Of a stretch of DNA of 64,000 bases, positions 10,041 to 19,644 are shown in pieces (within the stretch, counting starts at the first letter, position 1; every line of letters starts with the position of its first letter). The notes under the pieces are model-generated. The model worked only from the letters and a program-made list of their open reading frames with translations. It searched no databases and was not told the DNA's origin. Source of the stretch: Pseudomonadota bacterium (lineage in GTDB: Archaea; Thermoplasmatota; SW-10-69-26; JACQPN01; JAJPHT01); assembly GCA_021325135.1 (NCBI GenBank), contig JAJPHT010000020.1, forward strand, positions 1 to 64,000, read 5' to 3'. The translations under genes were made by a program, and so were the position numbers.

Positions 10041-10400
10041 GCCGGTGCGCTTCGCCACCTCGGCCTGCACCTCTTGGAGGGCCGCGACGAGCTTCGCCGG
10101 GTCCTTGGCCGCGTCCTTGAACTGCGAGCCCCACGCCTGGAGGTCGGACGTGCTGACCTTGCGGACCGCGTTGTCCTTGGCCCACTCGGCCGCGATGAGG
10201 CGCCCCACGGCCTCGATCTGCCCGCGCGCCTGCGGCGCCTTGGCCACGAGGTCCTTCTCGCGCTCGGCCCACCCCGCGATGGGCGGGAAGCGCTGCCCCT
10301 CATAGAAGCGCTGCACCCACTTCTGGTACTCCGCCCAGGGCTGCTTCGCCTGGTTCGCCTTGTCGGCGTCGTACTTCGCGCGGAAGAAGGCCTCGTCCAT
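10032..10400 (-). CDS. Hypothetical protein
   Basis: Strong GC3 coding pattern; MDEAFFRAKY...GRLIAAEWAKDN.VRKV. Confidence 0.75.
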   Translation of the reverse strand: MDEAFFRAKYDADKANQAKQPWAEYQKWVQRFYEGQRFPPIAGWAEREKDLVAKAPQARGQIEAVGRLIAAEWAKDNAVRKVSTSDLQAWGSQFKDAAKDPAKLVAALQEVQAEVAKRTGSA

Positions 10401-10454
10401 GCAGGCGCCAAACGGGGGAGATCGTTTAAGCCACGCGCCCTGCATCGCGCGCTC

Positions 10455-11294
10455 GTGGTCACCCTCGTGCTGGAGGGCGGCGCCGCGCGCGCCACGTACG
10501 GCAGCGGCGTCGCGGACGCGCTGGCCGTCGCGGGCCTCGTCCCGGAGGCGATCTACGGCACGTCCGCAGGCGGCGCCATCGCCGCGTGGTACGCCGCCGG
10601 GCAGACCGCCGTGGGCGTCACGACGTGGGACCACATCGTGGACCGCTCGCTCCTCTCCTACCGCCGCGCCCTGGTGCGCCGGCCCATCCTCAACTTCTCG
10701 CGGCTCTACGGCGAGATGTACCCCAACCACTTCGGCATGGACGTCGCGAAGCTGCGCGCGGCGCCCTTCCCCGTGTGGGTCACGCTGGCGGACGCCGACC
10801 GGGCGGAGAGCGTGTACGTGGACCTCCGCAAGGCGCAGGACCCGTTCCGCGTGCTGCACGCCACCAGCGCGCTCCCCCTCGTCTCCGAGGCGCCCGTGGA
10901 GATCGAGGGCCGCCGCTACGTGGACGGCGGCATGACCGACCCCATCCCGGTGGCGAAGGCCATCGAGGACGGCCACCGTGATATCATCGTGGTCGCGAGC
11001 CGCGTCGCGGGCGAGCGCCGCCCCGAGCCGCAGATCGTCGTGCGCGCGGTGGGGCGCAGGTTCCCCGCGCTGAGGGAGGCGACAGCGCAGCACAGCGCGC
11101 TCCAGAACGCCGCGCTGCGCCTCGCGCAGAGCCCGCCCCCGGGCGTGCGCGTGCGCCTCGTGCAACCCTCCCGCGACCTGGGCGTCTCGCGCCTCACGCG
11201 CGACGTCGCGAAGCTGCGCGCCGCCGTGGAGGAGGGGCGCCGCGACGGCGCGCGCCTCGCGCAAGACCTTGGCCTCGTCCCCCGGACGGCGTAG
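10455..11294 (+). CDS. Patatin-like phospholipase
   Basis: LVLEGGAAR, GTSAGG nucleophile elbow, DGG motif. Confidence 0.9.
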   Translation: MVTLVLEGGAARATYGSGVADALAVAGLVPEAIYGTSAGGAIAAWYAAGQTAVGVTTWDHIVDRSLLSYRRALVRRPILNFSRLYGEMYPNHFGMDVAKLRAAPFPVWVTLADADRAESVYVDLRKAQDPFRVLHATSALPLVSEAPVEIEGRRYVDGGMTDPIPVAKAIEDGHRDIIVVASRVAGERRPEPQIVVRAVGRRFPALREATAQHSALQNAALRLAQSPPPGVRVRLVQPSRDLGVSRLTRDVAKLRAAVEEGRRDGARLAQDLGLVPRTA

Positions 11295-11295
11295 G

Positions 11296-12462
11296 ATGGC
11301 GCGGCACGTGGACGTCCGGCTGCACGTCGCGGTGGGGCTCGCGCTGGGCGCCCTTGCCGCCGCAAGCGCGCTGGCCCCCGCGCTGGGGAGCCCCGTGCCT
11401 GCACCCGACGCGCACGTGCCCCTCGCCCTCGCGTCGCTGACGCTCCTCGCCGAGGCGCTGGCGTTCTGGTACGTGCCCAGCTTCGCCAAGCGCTCGCTGG
11501 TGGCGCCCGCCGTCGCGCAGCACGCCGGCCCATGGCTCCTGGGCCTGGGCGCCCTGGCCGCCGCGCTGGGCGGGCCCCTGGACGCGGCGGCCGCCGTCGC
11601 GTTCGCCCTGGCGCTGGCCTCCTTCGGCGCGATCCTCCTCATGTCGGGCCTGCGCGGCGAGCCGTGGCGCGGCGGCGTCCCCTTCTGGCGCACGGAGGGG
11701 GGGCATCGCGCGGGCGACTCCGCCGCGGTCTTCGCGCTCGCATCGGGCGCGGCGGCGTTCCTCGTCGCCGGCGCCCTGCTCGCGCTGCTGCCGCTGCGCT
11801 CCACCGCGCCCACCATCGCGTGGCTCGCCGCGCTGGCCCTCTTCGCGCTGGGCGGGCTCGCGCACCTCGTCCCGCGCTCCCGCGGCGCGCCCCTGGCGGC
11901 GGGCCCGCTGCGCGCAGGCGTTGCCCTCGTCGACGCGGGCGCGCTCCTCGCGGTCCTGGTCTTCCTCGCGCCCCTGCCGCTGGGCGCCCCCGCGGCGCTG
12001 GTCCTGGGCGCGGGCGTCGTGCTCGCCGTGGGCAGCCTCGCGCGGCCGGCTCCCGAAGCGAAGCCCCGCGGTCCCCGCGCCCGCGACGCGCGCCCCTTCG
12101 CCCTCGCCGCCTCCCTCCTGGCCCTCGCTGCCGCGTTCCTCGTGGTCCTGGGCTTCCCCGACCGCGCGGACGCCGTGATCGCCGCGGCCGAGGCCGCGCT
12201 GGGCGCTCTCGCGTGCGCGATCGCCGCGCTGGCGCTCCTGGGCCTCCCGGTGGTGCTCAACAACGTGCCCGACCCGCGCTGGACGATCCCCGCGGCGGCG
12301 GGCCTTGGCCTCGGGGGCGCGCTGGGCGCGGCGGCCTCCCTCTCGCCCATGCCCTCGTGGCCCGCCGCGGTCGCCTCGTGCGCGGGCGTCGCCTTCCTCC
12401 TCGCGGCCCTCGCCCCGCTGCGCCGGCCGCGGCGGGAGTGCCCTCCGGGCGAAGATTCTTGA
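11296..12462 (+). CDS. Multi-pass membrane protein of unknown function
   Basis: About 12 Ala/Leu-rich hydrophobic segments. Confidence 0.7.
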   Translation: MARHVDVRLHVAVGLALGALAAASALAPALGSPVPAPDAHVPLALASLTLLAEALAFWYVPSFAKRSLVAPAVAQHAGPWLLGLGALAAALGGPLDAAAAVAFALALASFGAILLMSGLRGEPWRGGVPFWRTEGGHRAGDSAAVFALASGAAAFLVAGALLALLPLRSTAPTIAWLAALALFALGGLAHLVPRSRGAPLAAGPLRAGVALVDAGALLAVLVFLAPLPLGAPAALVLGAGVVLAVGSLARPAPEAKPRGPRARDARPFALAASLLALAAAFLVVLGFPDRADAVIAAAEAALGALACAIAALALLGLPVVLNNVPDPRWTIPAAAGLGLGGALGAAASLSPMPSWPAAVASCAGVAFLLAALAPLRRPRRECPPGEDS

Positions 12463-12485
12463 CGAGGCCCGGTCTCCCGAAATCC

Positions 12486-12767
12486 GTGGCCGCGCCGGAC
12501 TACAGCGTCCTGGAGCTTTGCAAGAACCGCGCCGGCTACGAGGCCGTCCCGCGCTTGCGCCTGAAGCTGAAGCTCGCCGACGTCGAGCGCGACCTCCAGG
12601 ACGCGGGCTTCGAGCCCCTGGCCAACGCCGGCATCGTCCTCGTCGTCAGGTGGGAGGACGTGGAGCTGTCGGTCTTCGAGTCGGGCAAGCTCCTCTTCAA
12701 GACGCGCGAGATGGACAAGGCCCGCGTCGCCATGGCGGCCTTCAAGGGGGCCATGGGATGGGCCTGA
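12486..12767 (+). CDS. Small hypothetical protein (LSVFESGKLLFKT motif)
   Basis: GC3-rich frame; overlaps the downstream desulfurase start. Confidence 0.7.
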   Translation: MAAPDYSVLELCKNRAGYEAVPRLRLKLKLADVERDLQDAGFEPLANAGIVLVVRWEDVELSVFESGKLLFKTREMDKARVAMAAFKGAMGWA

Positions 12768-13972
12768 ACGCCGAGGCGATCCGCAAGGACTTCCCGCTGC
12801 TGTCGAAGCCCGACGCGCCGGTCTACCTGGACAACGCCTGCATGACGCTGAAGCCCCGCAGCGTCATCGAGGCCGTCACGCGCTACTACGAGGAGACGCC
12901 CTTCTGCGCGGGTCGCGCCGTCTACGAGGGGAGCCTCCGCGTCGAGGAGCAGATGGAGGCCGCGCGCCGCGCGCTGGCCTCCTTCCTGGGCGGGCGCCCC
13001 GAGTCGACGGTCTTCACCAAGAACGCCACCGAGGCGATCAACCTCGTCGCGCACGCCCACCCCTGGAAGCGCGGCGACGTCGTGCTCACCACCGACCGCG
13101 AGCACAACAGCAACCTCGTCCCCTGGCAGATGCTATCAAGCCGCGGCGTGCGCCACGAGGTGGTGCCCTCCCGCGGGGACGGGACGCTGGACCTCTCCGC
13201 GTGGCGCGACCGCCTCGCCCGCGGCGACGTGGCCCTCGTCGCGGCCGTGCACGTCTCCAACCTCGACGGCCACGAGGTCCCCGCCCGCGAGCTGGCGGCC
13301 CTGGCCCACGAGGCGGGCGCGCGGCTCCTCCTCGACGGCGCGCAGGCCGCCGCCCACGGGCCCGTGGACGTCGCGCGGCTGGGGGCCGACTACTACGCCG
13401 TCTCGCTCCACAAGATGCTGGGCCCCACCGGCGTCGGCGCGCTCCTCGCGACGCCCGACGCCGTCGCCGCGCTGGGGCCGTTCATGACGGGGGGCGACAC
13501 CGTCGCGCGCACCACCTACGAGGACGCCGTGCTGCTGGACGCGCCCGCCAAGTTCGAGGCCGGGCTCCAGAACTACGCCGGCTTCGCCGGGAGCCTCGCC
13601 GCCATCGAGTACCTGCGCCGCCTGGGCATGGAGGAGGTGCGCGCCCACGGCAAGGCCCTCATGCAGCGCGCGGCGAAGGGCCTCGAAGGCGTCGCGGGCC
13701 TGCGACTCGTGGGCGCGCCCCTCGCCACGCGCGGCGCCATCGTCCCCTTCGCGCTGGAGGACGCCGACCCGCACACGCTGGCGATCCTGCTGGAGGACAA
13801 GCACCGCATCCTCGTGCGCAGCGGCGACCACTGCCTCCACTCGTGGTTCAACGCCCACGACGTGCCCGGCGCCGTGCGTGCCTCCTTCGGCCCCTACAAC
13901 ACGACCGTCGAGGCCGACCTTCTCGTGGAGGCCACGCGCGGCATCCTCGAAAGGCTCGCCTCTGCGCGGTGA
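12758..13972 (+). CDS. Cysteine desulfurase, SufS-like (class V PLP enzyme)
   Basis: YLDNA, EHNSN..PWQ, DGAQA, SLHKMLGPTG (PLP Lys), RSGDHC (catalytic Cys). Confidence 0.9.
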   Translation: MGLNAEAIRKDFPLLSKPDAPVYLDNACMTLKPRSVIEAVTRYYEETPFCAGRAVYEGSLRVEEQMEAARRALASFLGGRPESTVFTKNATEAINLVAHAHPWKRGDVVLTTDREHNSNLVPWQMLSSRGVRHEVVPSRGDGTLDLSAWRDRLARGDVALVAAVHVSNLDGHEVPARELAALAHEAGARLLLDGAQAAAHGPVDVARLGADYYAVSLHKMLGPTGVGALLATPDAVAALGPFMTGGDTVARTTYEDAVLLDAPAKFEAGLQNYAGFAGSLAAIEYLRRLGMEEVRAHGKALMQRAAKGLEGVAGLRLVGAPLATRGAIVPFALEDADPHTLAILLEDKHRILVRSGDHCLHSWFNAHDVPGAVRASFGPYNTTVEADLLVEATRGILERLASAR

Positions 13973-14020
13973 ACGATCGTACCGCAACCGGCTCCGCCTC
14001 CGGGGCCCCACGCGCCGGGC

Positions 14021-14293
14021 ATGGACGTCCTTGGAGGGACCTTCGGCGAGCGGCGCGGCGAGTTCGACATCGCGCTCGCGATCCTCCGCGCAGCGAACTC
14101 CGGCGAGGGGCGCACGCGCATCATGTACGCCGCCAACGTGAGCCACGCCATGCTGCGCCGCTACCTCGACGGCCTCCTCGCCCTGGGCTTCGTCGAGCGC
14201 CGCGGGCAGGCCTACGGCCTCACGCCCAAGGGGCTCGCGCTCCTGCGCGACATGGAGCGCGTCGTCACGCACTTCCGGGCGATCCCGGCGTAG
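14021..14293 (+). CDS. Archaeal winged-helix protein
   Basis: RR.EFDI...IL....TRIMYAANVS....RYLD.L...G....Y.LTPKG pattern. Confidence 0.85.
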   Translation: MDVLGGTFGERRGEFDIALAILRAANSGEGRTRIMYAANVSHAMLRRYLDGLLALGFVERRGQAYGLTPKGLALLRDMERVVTHFRAIPA

Positions 14294-14807
14294 CGGAGCT
14301 CGATCACCATGCGCGCCCGCTTGCCGGGCGCCGCCTTCGCGGCCTTGGATCCCGCCTTGCGGTACGTGGCCGCGAACCCCATGTGGCGGTGGCTGGTCGC
14401 GGGCCCCCCGCGCGTGCTCCACCGCCGCGCGCAGGATGGGCCGCGTGAGCCCGTGGCCGCGGTGGCCCGGCGCCACGAGGAGGCACGCGACGCTCCACGT
14501 TCCCGCCTCTGCCTCTGGGATCGTGCGCGCGCTCGCCATGCGGCCGTACGTCTCCCGCGGGGCCACCGAGAACCAGCCCACGGGCTCCCCCCTCTGGGTC
14601 GTAGGCGAGGATGCCCACGGGCGCGCCGCCCTTCACGAGCCGGCCCATCGCGCGCTTGCGTCCCGGGGAGTCGAGCGCCGCGAACTGCGTGCTCGTCAAA
14701 CGCCACGACATGCACCAGCAATACCCCGCGTGCGTGCCCTGGAAGAAGCGCTCCACGTCGGGCCAGCGATCCGGGGTCATGGCGTGGATGGCCAGCGGCC
14801 CGCTCAC
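14290..14807 (-). pseudogene. Frameshifted GNAT acetyltransferase
   Basis: One protein spread over three frames (TPDRWPD...CWCM.WR...GILAY / PVGWFSVAPR...WSVAC..V....RG.G / HMGF...YRKAG); breaks lie near G6 runs at about 14587 and 14404. Confidence 0.75.
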
Positions 14808-15103
14808 AGCATGCGCCAGGGCGTCTTCACGAATGGAGATTGTCCGTTGCCAGGGCACTGCTGGCTGACGAAGAAGTAGCACTGCCGGCAGTCCATGAGG
14901 TTGCACCGCGCGCCGATGACGCCGGCCTCGCGCAGGCGGCCCACGGCGTAGCGCACGGTGCGGCCGGGCATGCCGGTGGCGAGGACGAGGTCCTTGTGGG
15001 TGAGGGGGCCGCGCTGGGTCAGCGTGTCGAAGACGTGGCGCGCGGAAGGGGGGAGCCCCTCGGGGACGCTGGGGGTCGGCGGGACCGGGGCGGGCGCGTC
15101 CAT
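14804..15103 (-). CDS. Winged-HTH transcription regulator (Lrs14/MarR-like) with Cys-rich wing
   Basis: LPPSARHVF..L...GPLTHKDL...TGMP.RTVRYA..RL...G motif; TATA-like GTTATAT about 25 bp upstream. Confidence 0.8.
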   Translation of the reverse strand: MDAPAPVPPTPSVPEGLPPSARHVFDTLTQRGPLTHKDLVLATGMPGRTVRYAVGRLREAGVIGARCNLMDCRQCYFFVSQQCPGNGQSPFVKTPWRML

Positions 15104-15265
15104 GCGGGTCCCATTCCAGGGGGTGGATATAACGGTGATGGGGTCCCCCGGGGTGGGGGCGAGGGCCGGCGGGCGGGCCCTGCTATCAGGGCAGGCGGGC
15201 GGGCGCCCGCCATGGCGCTCCCGCGCCTGCGATGGGTTCAAGGCCGGGGGGCGAATGGGCCCTTC

Positions 15266-15763
15266 GTGCGCGCCGCGCCCCTCTTCGCGCTTCTCCTCGT
15301 GGCGGTCGCCCTCGCCGGGTGCTTCCGCGCCCCCGTGGCCACGGTGCAGGACGCCTTCCCCGACGACCCGGACGCGGGCTCCACCTTCCACGCGAACGCG
15401 ACCGCCCACGAGTTCGCCGTCCACCTGGACGTGGCGAAGGCGGGGCGCGTGGCGTACCGCGTGCTGGCGCGGGAGGGCGTCCGCGTGGACGCGTGCCTCC
15501 TGCCCGGCCGCGACGCGGACCTCTGGTGGGCCAACCACACCGTGCCCGTGCTGGCGTGCCAGCGCGACGCGATTCTCGCCAAGCAGGGCGCCGACCTCGA
15601 CGCGGGCCCCTGGACGCTGGCCATTCGCGCCCACGGCTGCCCCGCGGAGGCGTGCGCCGTGACGGCGGTGGTGGTGGGCGCCGAGACGCAGGGCACCTCG
15701 CAGGGGCCCGCGGACCCGGCGCGCGTCGAGGCCTTGGATCTCGCGCGCTGCGCCGTGTGCTAG
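15266..15763 (+). CDS. Putative lipoprotein
   Basis: Hydrophobic leader with LAGC lipobox. Confidence 0.7.
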   Translation: MRAAPLFALLLVAVALAGCFRAPVATVQDAFPDDPDAGSTFHANATAHEFAVHLDVAKAGRVAYRVLAREGVRVDACLLPGRDADLWWANHTVPVLACQRDAILAKQGADLDAGPWTLAIRAHGCPAEACAVTAVVVGAETQGTSQGPADPARVEALDLARCAVC

Positions 15764-16596
15764 GCCGCGACGGGCTCGGCCTCCGCGCTCTCGCGCGCGT
15801 GCGCCCGCCGCAGGAGCGCGCCCACGCCGAGCGAGACGCACCCCGCGAGGGCGACGGAGGCCAGCGTCCCCCACAGGACGCCCAGCGCGGGGTAGGCGAA
15901 CGCGACGGCCGCGCCGAAGAGGGAGGGCGCCGCGGTGCCGGCCACCATGACGCGCACGGTGGCGCCGGTGAAGTCCGCGCCGTGCTTCCTCGTGAGGATC
16001 ACCATGGTGGTGATGAAGCCGCTGGGGAACACGCTGGCGAGGCCGCCCAGGATGGGGCCGCCGTAGTGCGCGACGACGATGCTGCCCGCGACGACGGCGC
16101 CCGCGGCGCAGGCGCGAAGCGCGAGGCGCCACCACGAGAGGGGAGCGGGGTCGGCCTTGGCGCGCTTCTCGCCGCGCAGCGCGGGGATGCGCGCGAGGAG
16201 GGCGAGGGCCGCCAGGGCGACCGCGCCCCACGCCGCCAGGGACCACGCGAGCCCCTCGGGGAGCCAGAGCACGACGGCGAGCCCGGCGGCGGCCCAGAGC
16301 GCCAGCGCGGCCGCGATGGCGGGCCAGGGCGCGAGGCGGCGCACGAGGAGCGCGGTCGCCACGAGGAAGACGGCGTTGACCGCGATGCCCGCGGGGACGG
16401 CGGTGGCGCTGGTGGCCGCGAAGCCCACGCCCTCGTTGAGCGCGATGAGCACCAGCGAGACGGTGACCTTCACGGGGAAGGAGAGGAGCAGGCCCCCCAC
16501 GCGGGCGTTGCCGCGCTCGGCGACCGTGGTGAACGCCGCCACGGTGCCCCCGCCCACGACGAAGGAGAGGGCGAGGCGCAGCAGGAACGCGTCCAC
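15760..16596 (-). CDS. DUF3147-like membrane protein
   Basis: Two repeated halves with GG(L)L.SFP / GGLASVFP motifs; about 8 TM. Confidence 0.7.
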   Translation of the reverse strand: MDAFLLRLALSFVVGGGTVAAFTTVAERGNARVGGLLLSFPVKVTVSLVLIALNEGVGFAATSATAVPAGIAVNAVFLVATALLVRRLAPWPAIAAALALWAAAGLAVVLWLPEGLAWSLAAWGAVALAALALLARIPALRGEKRAKADPAPLSWWRLALRACAAGAVVAGSIVVAHYGGPILGGLASVFPSGFITTMVILTRKHGADFTGATVRVMVAGTAAPSLFGAAVAFAYPALGVLWGTLASVALAGCVSLGVGALLRRAHARESAEAEPVAA

Positions 16597-16632
16597 GCGG
16601 CGCGAGACGGCGCGCCCGATTTCAGCGTTGCG

Positions 16633-17196
16633 TCACGTCTGGGAGCGTCGCATGAGGGCCAGCATCAGGGCGAAGCCCGCCACCAGGGTCACCCCGGCGC
16701 CCAGGAGCGCGAGCTGCCCCTGCGAGGCGACGGGCCCCGGGGGGACGACGCCCACCTCCACCGCGGCGGGCTGCACGGTCGCCTGCGGGCCGGAGGGGGC
16801 CGCCGCAGGAGGGTCCGCCGAGCCGGCCGGCGCGGGCGCCGAGGCCGGGGGCGCGTCCGCGGGGGCCGCGGGAGGGGGTGCTGCGCCCACGGGCGGGTCC
16901 AGGGGCGGGGGCAGCGCGACCGGGGGCGGCGGGTCCGGCAGCGGCGGCGAGGGCGCAGGCAGGGAGGGGATCGTGGGGCTCGCGGGCGGGGTCGGCGGCG
17001 AAGGGGGCCCGGGCGTGGCCGGCGTGGGCGTGACCGGAGGGGGCGGCGAGACGGCCGAAGGGGGGTCGGGCAGCGTGGCCTTCACGGCGGGCAACGAGGC
17101 GGTGGACGTGCCGGTCACGGGGAGCGTCACGGACGCGGGGGCGGTGGGGGCCACGAGGAGGGCCAGCACGAGGCCGCCCAGGACGGGTCCGGGCAC
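16633..17196 (-). CDS. Pro-rich surface protein with C-terminal TM anchor
   Basis: Signal peptide, Pro/Ala-rich body, C-terminal hydrophobic helix followed by RR. Confidence 0.65.
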   Translation of the reverse strand: MPGPVLGGLVLALLVAPTAPASVTLPVTGTSTASLPAVKATLPDPPSAVSPPPPVTPTPATPGPPSPPTPPASPTIPSLPAPSPPLPDPPPPVALPPPLDPPVGAAPPPAAPADAPPASAPAPAGSADPPAAAPSGPQATVQPAAVEVGVVPPGPVASQGQLALLGAGVTLVAGFALMLALMRRSQT

Positions 17197-17247
17197 CCCC
17201 AGGCCTTGCCTGGCCGGCCGGATAAAGGGCGCGGGGAGTCCGTTTCC

Positions 17248-18198
17248 TCAGGGGAGCGTCCCCAGGTCGCGGTCGACGACGAGCTGGGCGTGCCCCGCGA
17301 CCGCGCCGTGCTGCCCCGTCGCGACCTCCTCCAGCAGGCGGAAGCCCAGCGCGGTCATGGCCTGCGAGTCGTCCCCCTCGTCGCCGTGCCCCGCGAGGCC
17401 ATCGACGTTCTCCCCGCCGTAGCTCGTGAGCGTCGTCCCCTCGTGGCCAGCCTCGCCGCGCAGCACGGTGTAGAACTCGGTGGGCACGCCCCGGGCCGCC
17501 AGGGCGGCCTCCATCTCGCGGCCCTGGTTGTAGGGCACGAGCCCGTCGTTCACGTCGTGGAGGAGGATCGCCTCCTGGAGGCCCTCGAACGCGTAGGCGC
17601 GCAGCGCGGCGCTGCGCTCGTGATAGCATCCTGGCGCCACGGCCGGGCTGCCGCCGCACTCCTCCTGGATGCGCTGGGCCGCGAGCTTCGCGAAGCCGTT
17701 GGCGGGGGCCAGCGCGGTGGCCTCGGCCCACGTCTCGGCCAGCTGCGAGAGCCCTTCGCTGTCGACCCAGGCCGTGAAGAAGCCGTGCTCGTCCGCGAGG
17801 ACCATGGAGGCCACCGCGGTGCCCATGCTGACGCTGAAGAGGACGCCGTGGGAGAAGCCCCACTCGCCGCGCACCTGCGCGAGGGCGGCCTCGGTGTCCA
17901 GCGCGCCGGCCCTCAGGGGGAAGCCGTCCACGGGCCCCGAGTAGTCCATGGCGAACGCGACGAAGCCCAGCTCCGCGAGGCGCGCGAGGTGCGCGTCGTG
18001 GTCCGCCGCCTGGTGGCCGTAGCCGTGGAGGATCACGACGAGGCCGCGGGGCGCGCCGCAGGGCGTGGCGATGCGGCCGTGCGCGGAGCCCACCACGAGG
18101 TCCCCCACGCTGGAGGCGCACGGGGGCGCGCCGCCCCCCGCGGCCAGGGTGGGGGCGAGGAGGGCGAGCGCGAGGCCGGCGATCGCGAGGGCGCGCAT
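17248..18198 (-). CDS. Secreted alpha/beta hydrolase
   Basis: Signal peptide; LHGYG oxyanion motif, SVSMG nucleophile, H..NDGLVP, later His. Confidence 0.8.
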   Translation of the reverse strand: MRALAIAGLALALLAPTLAAGGGAPPCASSVGDLVVGSAHGRIATPCGAPRGLVVILHGYGHQAADHDAHLARLAELGFVAFAMDYSGPVDGFPLRAGALDTEAALAQVRGEWGFSHGVLFSVSMGTAVASMVLADEHGFFTAWVDSEGLSQLAETWAEATALAPANGFAKLAAQRIQEECGGSPAVAPGCYHERSAALRAYAFEGLQEAILLHDVNDGLVPYNQGREMEAALAARGVPTEFYTVLRGEAGHEGTTLTSYGGENVDGLAGHGDEGDDSQAMTALGFRLLEEVATGQHGAVAGHAQLVVDRDLGTLP

Positions 18199-18243
18199 GC
18201 GGCGGCGAGCCGGGGCGGCGGCCCTATGGTTTCTCGTGAGACC

Positions 18244-19011
18244 CTAGTCGCTCGCGCGGCGGGCCGGGCGGCGCCACGCCTGGAGGAGCGCCTTCACGAC
18301 GACGGGGAGCACGATGAGGCAGAGCGTGACCGCGATGCTGCCGACGCGCTCCACCGTGCTGGAGACCAGCGGCTCGTGGCGCCACTCCTCCCACGAGGTG
18401 AGGACGAGGAGCTTGAGGCCCACGAAGCCCACGGCCACGTAGGCCAGGCTCTCCAGGGCGGGGAACCAGTCCATGAGCTTCCCCACGTAGTACGCCGCGA
18501 CGCGCAGGAGCAGGATGCCCGTGAACGAGGCCGCGATGATGATGAGCACCTTGGTGGAGAGCGCGACCGCGACGAGCACCTGGTCCAGCGCGAAGGCGAG
18601 GTCCGCCAATTCCACCGCGACGACGATGCTCCAGAAGGCGGTGAGTCCCAGGAACGTCTTCTGGCTGAACTTGGGCGCGTCGTGCCCCGGCGGGCCGCCC
18701 TCGTGCTCCTTGTAGTGGCGGAAGTGGTTCACGCAGAGGTAGAGCAGGTAGGCCCCGCCCACGAGCTTGAGCCACCAGAACTGGATGATGAACGACGCGA
18801 AGAGGATGACCGTCGCGCGCAGGACGTAGGCGCCGCCCAGGCCGTAGAGGAGGGCCTTGCGGCGCTCGTCCTCGGGGAGCTTCCGGACCATGGCCGCGAG
18901 GATGGCCGCGTTGTCGAAGCTCAGCACCCCTTCCAGGAGAAGGAGCGTGAAGAAGACGGCCACGTCCACCGGCTCGAAGGTGTAGCCCAGCACCATGAGA
19001 CGGGGCCCCAT
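18244..19011 (-). CDS. terC: TerC-family membrane protein
   Basis: LEGVLSFDNA, R.KAL.YG..GA...R, ELADLAFALD motifs. Confidence 0.9.
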   Translation of the reverse strand: MGPRLMVLGYTFEPVDVAVFFTLLLLEGVLSFDNAAILAAMVRKLPEDERRKALLYGLGGAYVLRATVILFASFIIQFWWLKLVGGAYLLYLCVNHFRHYKEHEGGPPGHDAPKFSQKTFLGLTAFWSIVVAVELADLAFALDQVLVAVALSTKVLIIIAASFTGILLLRVAAYYVGKLMDWFPALESLAYVAVGFVGLKLLVLTSWEEWRHEPLVSSTVERVGSIAVTLCLIVLPVVVKALLQAWRRPARRASD

Positions 19012-19056
19012 GCGGGGTCCCCCCGGATAGCCCTTGCCGGGAAGCTTCCGGGCGCC

Positions 19057-19207
19057 AAATCGTTAAGTAGGGGCCCCAGCATCGGCGGCCACCGCGAGAA
19101 CGTTCGGCCCCCGAGGCGGACGGTCCGGTGACGACCCCCTGGGGTCCGCTCCTGGACACGCCGCCGCGAGCCCCCGGGCCGAAAAACTCGCGCTGGAGAC
19201 TCCGCAC
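19057..19207 (+). promoter_or_regulatory. Putative rpsJ promoter and structured 5' leader
   Basis: TATA-like GTTAAGTA at 19062-19069; long-range stem 19093-19110 pairing with 19176-19192; GGAG before the ATG. Confidence 0.45.
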
Positions 19208-19519
19208 ATGGCTCACACGGCCCGCATCAGCCTCGCCGGCAACGACCCCAAGAAGATCGACGGCGTCGCTGGCCAGATCAAGACCATCGCCGAGCGCACG
19301 GGCGTCCGCATCGCGGGCCCCATCCCGCTGCCCACGCGCCGCCTCAACATCCCCGTCCGCAAGGCCCCCAACGGCAGCGGCTCGGAGACCTACGACCACT
19401 GGGAGATGCGCATCCACAAGCGCCTCATCGACATCGACGCCGACGAGCGCGCCCTGCGCCAGCTCATGCGCATCCAGGTCCCCGACTCGGTGAACATCGA
19501 GATCGTGCTCCGCACCTGA
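19208..19519 (+). CDS. rpsJ: 30S ribosomal protein S10 (uS10)
   Basis: [31 protein letters not shown]; archaeal type. Confidence 0.98.
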   Translation: MAHTARISLAGNDPKKIDGVAGQIKTIAERTGVRIAGPIPLPTRRLNIPVRKAPNGSGSETYDHWEMRIHKRLIDIDADERALRQLMRIQVPDSVNIEIVLRT

Positions 19520-19644
19520 GGGCGCCCCCAGGGCCCCCTCCGGCGCCGTGACGCTTTTCCTTCATATCCGGCGCCCCCAGTGTCGCCTCCGGCAACGGAC
19601 TCGGACCAACGGTTCATATCCCCGATGCGACACACCCCGGGCCC

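Noticed and set aside
16633-17196. Pro-rich protein as an archaeosortase A substrate
   Set aside because: It has a TM helix and basic tail but no PGF motif; cannot be supported.
15232-19131. Very long alternative-frame ORFs (e.g. 1299 aa here, also 36274-39753 and 28936-31827)
   Set aside because: Arg/Gly/Ala-rich shadow frames expected at this GC content; they overlap well-supported genes. Only their final in-frame segments are real in the latter two cases.
1243-19207. Integrated provirus or genomic island between tuf and rpsJ
   Set aside because: No integrase or viral genes, no distal att copy, and housekeeping genes lie within the interval.
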